From an uncultured delta proteobacterium (GTDB taxonomy: Bacteria > Desulfobacterota > Desulfobaccia > Desulfobaccales > 0-14-0-80-60-11), in the NCBI GenBank assembly GCA_963812015.1, contig CAWETI010000003.1, forward strand, positions 1,952,001-2,016,000: a DNA stretch of 64,000 nt, written 5' to 3'. The notes below the pieces were generated by a model. That model saw nothing but the letters and a program-made list of their open reading frames with translations, made no database searches and was not told where the DNA came from. The position numbers and the translations under genes are program-made. Within the stretch, counting starts at the first letter, position 1; the number at the start of each line of letters is the position of its first letter. Below, one piece after another: positions 41,031 to 49,191 of this stretch.

Positions 41031-42171
41031 TAAAGCCCTCAGCTTCCTGCGCCTGATCCGCCGCTCCCAACGCGGGAAGCTGAAGGTCTATCTGGGGTAC
41101 GGGGCGGGGGTGGGAAAAACCTGGCAGATGCTCAAGGAAGGGCAGCGCCTGGCAAAAGAGGGTGTCGATGTGGTCGTGGGCCTGGTGGAGACCCATGGCC
41201 GGGAAGAAACGGCCCAACTCATCGAGGGTCTGGAAGTCGTTCCCCGCCGGCAGGTGCAGTATCGCGGCATCACCATCGAGGAGATGGACCTGGAAGCGGT
41301 CCTGGCCCGTCGGCCCGAAGTCGCCCTGGTGGACGAACTGGCCCACACCAATGTACCCGGGAGTAAAAACGTCAAACGCTACCAAGATATCCAGGATCTG
41401 CTGGCCGCGGGCATTCACGTCATCAGCACCCTCAACGTCCAGCATCTCGAAAGCCTCTATGATACCGTGGAGGCCCAGATCGGGGTGAAAGTCCATGAGC
41501 GGGTCCCTGATTCCGTCATGGCCGAGGCCGATGAGATCGTCAACGTGGATTTGGCCCCGGAGGATTTGCAGCAGCGGCTTAGGGAGGGCAAGATTTACCC
41601 GCATGAGCGGATCTCCACGGCCTTGGAGAACTTTTTTACGCGCGCCAACCTCAATCAACTGCGGGAGTTGACGCTCCGGGAACTTGCTTCCCAGATCGAC
41701 CTCAAACGCCGGGGTGAACCTGACGAGGAACAGGATACCGCCCCGGATCAGGTCATGGTATGCCTGAGCTCCCGCGGCCCCAACAGCGCCGCCCTGTTAC
41801 GCTATGGCTCCCGGCTGGCCGGCCGTCTGAACCGGAACTGGTATGCGGTCTATGTGCAGACGTCCCGGGAAGAGCCTACCACCATCGACGCGACCACCCA
41901 ACGCCAGCTTTCAGATACCTTGACGCTGGCCAAGCAATTAGGCGCCCAGGTCTTTCCTTACAAGGGTGAGGATGTGGTGGCGACCATTTTGCACTTTGCC
42001 AGGGAATACCGGGTAGGACACATCGTGATCGGCAAACCGGGCCCGCTACCCGCCTGGAGACGCTGGCTTGGAGGGAAAACTATTGTGGAGCAATTAATCC
42101 ACCACGCCCATGGCGTCACCATTGTCGTAGTGGATACCGGTTCAAAACCGGAAAAGGAAGCATCTCAATAG
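41020..42171 (+). CDS. kdpD: Short KdpD (N-terminal KdpD domain plus Usp domain; no TM or kinase domain)
   Basis: GKLKVYLGYGAGVGKT, VETHGR, VDELAHTN, NVQHLESL, LRELTLR; ends after the Usp domain. Confidence 0.88.
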   Translation: MADDKALSFLRLIRRSQRGKLKVYLGYGAGVGKTWQMLKEGQRLAKEGVDVVVGLVETHGREETAQLIEGLEVVPRRQVQYRGITIEEMDLEAVLARRPEVALVDELAHTNVPGSKNVKRYQDIQDLLAAGIHVISTLNVQHLESLYDTVEAQIGVKVHERVPDSVMAEADEIVNVDLAPEDLQQRLREGKIYPHERISTALENFFTRANLNQLRELTLRELASQIDLKRRGEPDEEQDTAPDQVMVCLSSRGPNSAALLRYGSRLAGRLNRNWYAVYVQTSREEPTTIDATTQRQLSDTLTLAKQLGAQVFPYKGEDVVATILHFAREYRVGHIVIGKPGPLPAWRRWLGGKTIVEQLIHHAHGVTIVVVDTGSKPEKEASQ

Positions 42172-42242
42172 AGGGTAAAATGGTTTTTCTTAGCAGGCCT
42201 ATTGCATAGATCAAGAAGAGAGAAAATACCAGATCACCGCTA

Positions 42243-42882
42243 GGGTCTGTAAATAATTCTGTGTAAATGGTAATCAAAACACAGGAGGATTTACAGGTGA
42301 CGATCGACGATGAAATCATTCAGCAGCTCCAGGAAGACCTCAAGGAGTGCAAGTATATAGATGATCTCTTGGGGAAAGATGGAGCCATTAAGAAACTCAT
42401 CAAGAAGACCGTCGAGCGTATGCTGGACGCCGAACTGACCGAACGTCTGGGTTATGAGAAGCATTCCCCTTCAGGAAAGGGGGCCGGCAACAGCCGCAAT
42501 GGTTCCAGCGCCAAGACTTTAATGATGACGCTTTAAGGAAACTGTCGTATCTGTCGTACCGGGCGATAGACCCAAAATGGACGATGCCACTGCGCAACTG
42601 GCCGTTTATTATCTCGTAATTTTCGATTATGTTTGAGGGGAGGTTAGGGATGGCCTTGACGTAACTCGGTCAGCTTTTCGAGCCAGAGCCGAAGGAGCGC
42701 TTCTCTCGCCGGCGCCTGCCTACACATTAGCAGGAGCCAGGCCAGGCAGTCAAGGCCGAGCGCAGCGAGCCGTAGGGTTAGCCTTGACAGGCTGCCGGCT
42801 CATGCTATTTTCTCAAGGTAGAGGCGAGAGAGGAAATTCAAAACTCAGAAAAACCCATTTACACAAAAAATCTTACAGTCTC
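42243..42882 (+). mobile_element. Internally deleted IS256-family element (640 bp)
   Basis: Inverted repeats gggtctgtaaataattctgtgtaaatgg / gagactgtaagattttttgtgtaaatgg; transposase N-terminus (LDAELTERLGYEK...NSRNG) joined directly to the C-terminus (KWTMPLRNW...*FSIMFEGRL). Confidence 0.85.
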
Positions 42883-43066
42883 CCTTGACCGGATAATCTT
42901 CTTTGATTGGCGACATTAGTTTGTTCACCCGGCCATTCTCATAGACCACCACGGTTTCCACCAGGGCTGCCACGTCCTCGGGATCATGGGTTATGAGTAT
43001 GACCGGGATGGTAAACCGCTCTTTAATCTTCAAGAGTGCCTGGCGCATCTTGGCCCGCAGCAGGGT
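42883..43066 (-). pseudogene. C-terminal remnant of a ModC/CysA-type ABC ATPase
   Basis: LLRAKMRQALLKIKERFTIPVILITHDPEDVAALVETVVVYENGRV; N-terminus absent, 3' end runs into the IS. Confidence 0.6.
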
Positions 43067-44729
43067 CCTCTTGGATGAAAATCCCTTGGGCCCCGTCTAA
43101 ACGATACAGTCGATCAACGGCGAGGGCCGGATGGCGCTCATGGGTGAGAATCAAAATGGTTGCGGTACTTTTGCAAGCGTTGATGACCTCGGCAAGGAGT
43201 TTGCGTGCCCTGTCGTCGAGGTTTGACCATGGTTCATCGAGGATCATGATCGGCGATTCTCTCAAGAGCAGCCTGGCAATGCAAATCCGCTGCCTCTCAC
43301 CAGTGCTGGCCCCGATGCCGCGCGGGTCCATTACGGTTTCAATGCCCTGAGGCAAACGCGCCACAAAGTCCTTTAACTGGGCGCGTTCAAGGGCCTGGAA
43401 AATCTGTCGGTCACTCGCGTCCGGCTGCGCGATAAGGAGGTTGCCTCTCAGCGTCTCCTGGAAGATAAAGTAATTCTGGGTGACAACCCCAACTTTCCTC
43501 CGCAGCTCGGTGCGTGAAATCCGCCGGATGTCGATCCCGCCGATGGAGATGACTCCTTCCTGGGGTGCATAAAGGCGGAGGAGCAAATTGATGAGAGTGG
43601 ATTTGCCGCTTCCACTTTCGCCGCCAATGACGGTGACGGCATGGGCGGGAATGAGCAGGTGCGCCCGGTTGTAGAGCTGCCGCCCTCCCGGGTAACCGAA
43701 GGTTAGACTGGATAACTCGATGGCGACGGATTGGCTTGGCAGAGTTTCCGTGGGGTGGCTCTCTTCCGCCTCAGGGGCTTCAGCGAGAAATCCGGCCAGA
43801 TGTCGAATCCCGGTAAATTCGGTCTGCACGGTGGCCACCAACCTGGTGAGTTGGGTGACCGACATCTGCAAGAGGGTGGCATAAAAGAAAAAAAGCAAAA
43901 AAGGCTCGAGACCCATCTTACCGCGGGCGATGAGGTAATAGGCCAGGGCCACCAACCCTAAGCCGCCCAGTTGGGTGAGAAGCTCAATACCGGGGGAAAA
44001 CACCGAGAGCACCGCCCCGGCTCGTACAGAAAGCTTCTTCAGTCCGGTGGTGTGCTTCTGGAAATGTGCCGCTTGCTGCCTCTCGGCAGCCAGTACCTTG
44101 ACGGTGTCGATCCCCTGAATGGTTTCGTCGAAGACCCGCTGTATTTCGCTCCACGTGGCCCGCTGAGCCCTGGCATAAAAACCCATAATTCGGTTGAGGA
44201 CGGTCACGAGTATCGCGGTGATGCCCACGATGCCAAGGGCCGCAAGGGTAAGCGAGGCTGGGCAGAAATAAAAGAGCACGGCCGTCACCGCCAGAGCGGT
44301 GATGAGTTCGCGCCCGACACCGGGAAGAAAATCAGCGAAGAACCGCTGGGCCTGCGCAATATCACTGGTGAACTTGGTGAAAAATTCGCCGGCAGATTGC
44401 TTCTGGAAATAGAACAAGGGCAGGTGGCTTGCCTTATCGAAAAAATCGGTTTGAAGCTGCTTGAGCAGGTTGAAAGAAAAGACGGTGCCAGTATACCCGC
44501 TAATCCCTTGCAGCACTGCGATGGCCAGGAAGATCAGGGCTAGTTGCTCGAGCAAGGGCAGCCCCGAGGTCCAAAGATTGGCGTATTGGCCATTGATGGC
44601 AAGGCTTACCAGCTGTTGATAGTAGCGCGGCTGCAGCGCCATGAGCACCCCGCAGCCGAGCTGCACGATAACTAAGAGCGCCAAAGGGAAGCGATAGCGT
44701 GAGATGACGCCAGTTATCCAGGATCTCAT
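43023..44729 (-). CDS. ABC exporter (TMD plus NBD, no C39 peptidase), putative RiPP exporter
   Basis: N-terminal TM domain, Walker A GESGSGKST, degenerate signature ASTGERQR, MILDEP; ATGA overlap with the upstream rSAM gene. Confidence 0.9.
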   Translation of the reverse strand: MRSWITGVISRYRFPLALLVIVQLGCGVLMALQPRYYQQLVSLAINGQYANLWTSGLPLLEQLALIFLAIAVLQGISGYTGTVFSFNLLKQLQTDFFDKASHLPLFYFQKQSAGEFFTKFTSDIAQAQRFFADFLPGVGRELITALAVTAVLFYFCPASLTLAALGIVGITAILVTVLNRIMGFYARAQRATWSEIQRVFDETIQGIDTVKVLAAERQQAAHFQKHTTGLKKLSVRAGAVLSVFSPGIELLTQLGGLGLVALAYYLIARGKMGLEPFLLFFFYATLLQMSVTQLTRLVATVQTEFTGIRHLAGFLAEAPEAEESHPTETLPSQSVAIELSSLTFGYPGGRQLYNRAHLLIPAHAVTVIGGESGSGKSTLINLLLRLYAPQEGVISIGGIDIRRISRTELRRKVGVVTQNYFIFQETLRGNLLIAQPDASDRQIFQALERAQLKDFVARLPQGIETVMDPRGIGASTGERQRICIARLLLRESPIMILDEPWSNLDDRARKLLAEVINACKSTATILILTHERHPALAVDRLYRLDGAQGIFIQEDPAAGQDAPGTLED

Positions 44730-45835
44730 GGCTCTGGGTTGGCGTGGGACTTTCTGTGCAGGTCTGCCAGGGCTCGATGGATTCTTGCAAATATGAGCTG
44801 ATAATCTTTGCAGAAAGGGTCCTTGGCCATATGGTCACCACAAAACACCAAGGCGTTGAGGGGGCACCCGCCGTGGCAGATTGACCAGTGCATACAGGTG
44901 TGACAGGCTGAAAGCGTCTCGGCTCGCCGCCGAATATCTTCACAAAAAGGTGAAGCCATCAATTCCTGGATTTCACGGTCGTGGATATTACCTAAGGGGT
45001 GGGTCTCAAACCGGCTGCACAGCACGGCATCCCCGGAGGGTTTCACTCCCAGGTGCGACCCGACACAGGTGCCTTGCTGCTGGCATTCGTAAGGCACACC
45101 ACCAAGAATTGCCTCCAGGTACAGGTCCAGAGGCGACACTGTGACCCGCTGGCGTTCCGTACTGGCCCATTCGTCGAATAAGCGGCAAAGAAATGAGCCA
45201 TATTCCCCTGGCTGAAGCAAGGATGGTGTAGAGCTCTCTGGGTTGCTTCCCGGAATCATCGGGTTAACGCGGAAACCGTACCCGAGGCCCTGAAAGTACT
45301 GGTAGATTTCCTGCTCCTGACCCAGGCTCCGCCGGCTAACGACCGCGTTGAACCCCGCTGACACGCCCTGTTCTTCCAAAAGGCGAACTTTCCCCAAAAC
45401 CGCCGCGTGGCTTCCCTGCCCATCTGCACCGATTCGCATCGAGTCGTGCAAGACTTGGGGGCCGTCGAGGCTAATACCAATCTGGAACTCGTGGTCACGG
45501 AAAAAGGCACAAAAGTCATAATCGAGGAGCAGGCTGTTGGTCTGGAGATAATGATGGAATCTCAGGTCCGAGGCAAGCCCGTCAAGAATTTTCATCGCCG
45601 CCCTGAAGAACCCGAGGCCCGCCAGGAGGGGTTCTCCCCCGTGCCAGAGGATATGGATTTCCCTGAACCCATGGCGCTCGGCATAGCGGGCCGTTTTTTC
45701 CAAAGCCGTCTGCAGCGTCTGCCGGCTCATGACGCCGGTCCCGGCACCGTCCGAATAGCAATATCGGCAGCTTAGATTGCAGCGCTTCACCGGCTCCAGG
45801 ATAAGGGTGAAGGCGTCGTTGGCATCAACCGGCAT
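44726..45835 (-). CDS. Radical SAM/SPASM peptide maturase 2
   Basis: CNLSCRYC, WHGGEPLL, SLDGP; SPASM cysteines CQQQGTC...LCSRF...CHTCMHWSICHGGCP...FC. Confidence 0.9.
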   Translation of the reverse strand: MPVDANDAFTLILEPVKRCNLSCRYCYSDGAGTGVMSRQTLQTALEKTARYAERHGFREIHILWHGGEPLLAGLGFFRAAMKILDGLASDLRFHHYLQTNSLLLDYDFCAFFRDHEFQIGISLDGPQVLHDSMRIGADGQGSHAAVLGKVRLLEEQGVSAGFNAVVSRRSLGQEQEIYQYFQGLGYGFRVNPMIPGSNPESSTPSLLQPGEYGSFLCRLFDEWASTERQRVTVSPLDLYLEAILGGVPYECQQQGTCVGSHLGVKPSGDAVLCSRFETHPLGNIHDREIQELMASPFCEDIRRRAETLSACHTCMHWSICHGGCPLNALVFCGDHMAKDPFCKDYQLIFARIHRALADLHRKSHANPEP

Positions 45836-47090
45836 TGGCGAGCTCCCGCCGGACGGCTTCCCGCAGGTGGTGACGGAAAGTCCTCAATCCCTCACAGAAG
45901 TACGTCTCCCCCCGGACCTCATCCCAAGCGGGGGGGAGAACGGCGTCGGCCCAGCGGTTGTCAGGCAGCCCCTCTGAGCGGGCGCGGAGCAGCATAGCAT
46001 TGTATTTCATGCAGGTGAAACACCCCCCGCCACACTGCTGGCCCCATTCACAGCCTCCACAGGCCATGTGTTTCCCGGACCGCCGAATCCTCTGCTTAAT
46101 CTTTTCCCACAGGACGGCCTTGTTCGTTAAAATGGTAGCCAGAGAATCCTGGTGGATATCTCCCAGGGCCGTCTGCTCATCATTCACCCATTGGTCACAG
46201 CTGAACACCCTGCCATTGGGGGCAAAAATAAGGCGCCGGAAGTCGCACCGTTTCTTGTGGAATGGGTCGCCCAGCTTGATTTCCGGCTGCAGGACCATCT
46301 TGACTTCTTGCCGCAATTCTTTGAAATCCACCTGCCCCTCCTGGTCCCAGAACCAGAGATCAAACAATTCGATCAGAAACCGTCCCACTTCTTCCGGCAG
46401 TGGGGCAAGGTCTGACAACCCTGAAACCTCGCCGGCCTCCGGGATCAGGTCCAGCCAGCGCACATCATAGATGTCCAGCTGGACCTCTGCTCTCAATTTC
46501 TTGAAGAATTCAAACAGGTCGAAAGCGCGGTCGATGCTCGCCCGGGTAACCACGGCAATCACTGCCACGCGGTCTGCCATGGCGTGACGGCGGTAATGTT
46601 CAATGCCACGCAGGGTGGCATCAAAAGACCCGGCGCGCGAGCCTGGAGAGCACCGGTACCGATCGTGAATCTCCTTGGGCCCATCGAGGCTGAAGCCCAC
46701 CTGAAATTGATATTCGCCGAGCAATCGAGCCATATCCTCGCTCATGAGGGTCCCGTTGGTCTGAATCCGGTTTTCAAAAGAAAGCTCAGGATACTGAGCC
46801 TCGAGACGGATGATGGCGCGAAAAAAATCGCTGCCCGCCAGCAGGGGCTCGCCGCCGTGCCAGTAGATCTGCATTACCTTGGTGAGAGGATCAACGGTCA
46901 GATTATGGGCGATGACGCGGCGCAGAATCGTCTCAACCGTAGAGAGGGCGATAATACCCCCGGAATGCTCCTGGAAGCAATACCCACACGCCAGGTTGCA
47001 GTTCCGAGTTACCTGGATTTGGGGCACCACCGGTAGACGTTTTTCCCAATCGGGACCGCATGGTTGTATAAGGGAGAGATTTTCCGTCAT
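45825..47090 (-). CDS. Radical SAM/SPASM peptide maturase 1
   Basis: CNLACGYC, YWHGGEPLL, QTNG, FSLDGP; SPASM RC...SCD...CGGCEWGQQCGGGCFTC...FC. Confidence 0.9.
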   Translation of the reverse strand: MTENLSLIQPCGPDWEKRLPVVPQIQVTRNCNLACGYCFQEHSGGIIALSTVETILRRVIAHNLTVDPLTKVMQIYWHGGEPLLAGSDFFRAIIRLEAQYPELSFENRIQTNGTLMSEDMARLLGEYQFQVGFSLDGPKEIHDRYRCSPGSRAGSFDATLRGIEHYRRHAMADRVAVIAVVTRASIDRAFDLFEFFKKLRAEVQLDIYDVRWLDLIPEAGEVSGLSDLAPLPEEVGRFLIELFDLWFWDQEGQVDFKELRQEVKMVLQPEIKLGDPFHKKRCDFRRLIFAPNGRVFSCDQWVNDEQTALGDIHQDSLATILTNKAVLWEKIKQRIRRSGKHMACGGCEWGQQCGGGCFTCMKYNAMLLRARSEGLPDNRWADAVLPPAWDEVRGETYFCEGLRTFRHHLREAVRRELANAG

Positions 47091-47182
47091 GGAAATGCAC
47101 AGGAATTTGAGGCACTGGACGTATTCTACAGTTTGGGAAAGTCTAATGCCAGGTGAGTTGCGTGATCAAAATACTGCACACT

Positions 47183-47289
47183 AGAGGCCTTTCAAAACTC
47201 TGAGCGAAGCGAAGAATCTAAATTTTCAAATACATAGACCTTTCGCTGCGCTCAGGGTGAGAGAAAAAAAGCGGTTTTGCAATGATTGC
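47183..47289. repeat. Palindromic repeat / MITE between precursor and maturases
   Basis: ctgagcgaagcgaagaatcta...tagacctttcgctgcgctcag stem; related copy at 56179-56306. Confidence 0.65.
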
Positions 47290-47294
47290 TAATA

Positions 47295-47480
47295 TCACGT
47301 CCACCAATTGAACCAGTTGTGCCAGTTGGACCAGTTGTGCCAATTCCTCCAGTTGCGCCAATTCCCCCAGTTGCCCCAGAATGGGAATCCTACCCGCCTC
47401 TTCTTTTCCTGGCGGATTTCCTCCAGGAGTTCACGGAGGATCTTGTTCTTAACTTTTGTACCTTGAAGAATCCCAGCCAT
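47295..47480 (-). CDS. Putative RiPP precursor peptide (61 aa) with tandem W-x-N core
   Basis: MAGILQGTKVKNKILRELLEEIRQEKKRRVGFPFWGNWGNWRNWRNWHNWSNWHNWFNWWT; RBS gaggagg; directly upstream of two rSAM/SPASM genes. Confidence 0.88.
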   Translation of the reverse strand: MAGILQGTKVKNKILRELLEEIRQEKKRRVGFPFWGNWGNWRNWRNWHNWSNWHNWFNWWT

Positions 47481-47697
47481 GGCGTCCTCCTCACTATCTC
47501 GATCTCGGCGGAAAGGCATTTCCGTAAGTTAGGTAGTTGATTCCTTCCGGTCCTTTGATAGAGTGCCCCGGGACATTACAGGTCGCTTCCAGTTTTTGCG
47601 GAGCGTTTTTAAAATTGGCATCCGTGGTTATTCCCGGATTAGGCACCGCAATTTTCTTGGCTCTCGATTTTATCGGGTTATTCTTTCTCCCTGGATT

Positions 47698-48162
47698 CTA
47701 TTTAACAATTGGGATACATACCTTTGGCATACATTTCATGCGCCAGCGCTCCATGGCCACCAGATAATTACCTTGCTGGACCGGGCTCATTTGGGCCAAT
47801 TCCTCGTTCAGCTGATTCCTAAAAGAAGCAAACAACTTAGCCTGCGCGGCCGTGTAAGCCTTTACCAGATCTTTGACCTTCGCCTCGTCAGGCTTGGGCG
47901 CTGCTAAGGCGGCCTGCAAATCCTCCCAAGATTTCTTCGATTCGTCGACGATATCTCCGCGCATTGACGAATATTTTGCTTCCAACGCTTCAACCGCCTT
48001 TTCTTTATCCGGGGCAACCTTCAATTCTTTGAGCGTCTGCGCTTTATAGTCCTTGAGCTGTTTCCCCAGCTCCTCATCCGTCTGACCCAGGGCGGGAACC
48101 ACCAGCAGAAAGCTCAAGATGGTGGAGAGTGCCCCCAGTTTGAAAATGAGCTTACCTTTCAT
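47698..48162 (-). CDS. Secreted Spy/CpxP/ZraP-like helical periplasmic protein
   Basis: Signal peptide ending VPALG; all-helical; PDEAKVKDLV and MSPVQQ (LTxxQ-like); aaggagg RBS. Confidence 0.65.
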   Translation of the reverse strand: MKGKLIFKLGALSTILSFLLVVPALGQTDEELGKQLKDYKAQTLKELKVAPDKEKAVEALEAKYSSMRGDIVDESKKSWEDLQAALAAPKPDEAKVKDLVKAYTAAQAKLFASFRNQLNEELAQMSPVQQGNYLVAMERWRMKCMPKVCIPIVK

Positions 48163-48932
48163 TTTATCCTCCTTTTGAAAAGATGCTGGGCATATAGTGT
48201 GCTGCACTTAGCGTACTTGAAAGGTTGCTGGTGGCAGTGGCACCTGCTTTATCCTGACGCCCTGCCTTGCCCTTACCCCGCCGCCAATCCTTGCGGTCCG
48301 TCTGTTCCCTTCCAGGTAGGATATCTATTTAAAGCACAAACTTGGTAAAGCCGTCAAGTAAATTATGGGGAAATTTCTTGCATCAGGGGCGAGAGTGTAA
48401 TCCCGGACTTTGGGTTTCCAGGGGAAAAATCTTCAGGATAGAGCGGTTGACGTGGCAGACGGTTTGGCGAATAGTGGACGCCAGGAGGATTAGGTTCGGG
48501 GCCGTCAGGCAGGGGCAGACAATTTGCCGCGGGCAATTGCAATGAATGTCTTGACCCTTCATCTAGCGAAGTTAAGAACTTCGCATATCCAGATCATCTC
48601 TAGCCCGAGATTATGCAGCAACCTTGGCCTCCGCAATCCAAAGAAGGTTTTTGGGACCTCTTGCCCAGAAAACATCCCCCAAAGTTTCTGTTCTTGAAGC
48701 CGAATTCTCTCGTCGACCCCATGATAGCAAAAGTTTCCTTGAAAAAATCGATAGCCATATCTGTCTCCCAGGGAAGCGATTTCTGTACAAGTTTTGTACA
48801 AAATGCCTTCCCTGGATAAATTATAATATATTGTTATTATTTGTAAATATCCGGGGGGAAATGGGGCTTTCGAATGGCTAAAAAGGGCCCCTGAAGTGCA
48901 GCAGCCATCAACCTCTGGGCAGGGACTCTTTT

Positions 48933-48977
48933 ATGGCATTCAAGGGGTCAGAGGTTCAAGTCCCCTCAGCTCCACCA
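48933..48977 (+). tRNA. 3' fragment of tRNA-Ala(GGC), att-like, not a full tRNA
   Basis: atGGCattcaag-gggtc-agaggTTCAAGtcccct-cagctccACCA gives the anticodon loop through CCA; 5' acceptor strand and D-arm absent. Confidence 0.75.
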
Positions 48978-48996
48978 GATTTTAGAAAGAATTATG

Positions 48997-49038
48997 AGGG
49001 GTTGGCAATCGAGCGGTTGTCGGCCCCTTTTCCTTTTG
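48997..49038 (+). terminator. Rho-independent terminator-like hairpin after the tRNA fragment
   Basis: aggggttggcaatcg-ag-cggttgtcggcccc followed by ttttcctttt. Confidence 0.6.
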
Positions 49039-49155
49039 GGTCCATGTATAGCTTTTCTGTACCACGGGGCGAAATTGTTGGAGAATTAAGGAGTTCCGTG
49101 ATAAGGCGGGTAGTCTCGGTTGACGTGCATATGGAGAGGGCGGGCTTTTTAAGCC

Positions 49156-49184
49156 TTGACAAGAAAATATGGCAGAGCTATATT
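49156..49184 (+). promoter_or_regulatory. Sigma-70 promoter of the ArsR gene
   Basis: TTGACA-17 nt-TATATT. Confidence 0.65.
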
Positions 49185-49191
49185 AATTGCA

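Noticed and set aside
44726..47090. Anaerobic sulfatase maturases
   Set aside because: No sulfatase is nearby, and the adjacent precursor-like peptide and exporter fit peptide maturases better; not formally excluded without an HMM search
47301..47378. 9-nt tandem repeat as a CRISPR array or simple VNTR
   Set aside because: Units are too short, there are no spacers or cas genes, and the variation is synonymous in the peptide frame, so it is best explained as coding sequence
47494..47700. TAG read-through (pyrrolysine) extension of the Spy-like protein; the frame stays open about 67 codons
   Set aside because: The extension has no recognisable features and there is no pyl evidence in the window; probably chance
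48559..48801. Integrase remnant beside the tRNA fragment (FFGLRRPRLLHNLGLEMIWICEVL loosely like HxLRH...LGH)
   Set aside because: Catalytic residues are not preserved and the similarity is too weak to call without BLASTx
48890..48977. Complete tRNA-Ala gene
   Set aside because: No 5' acceptor strand or D-arm pairs with the 3' half; only the anticodon loop to CCA is present
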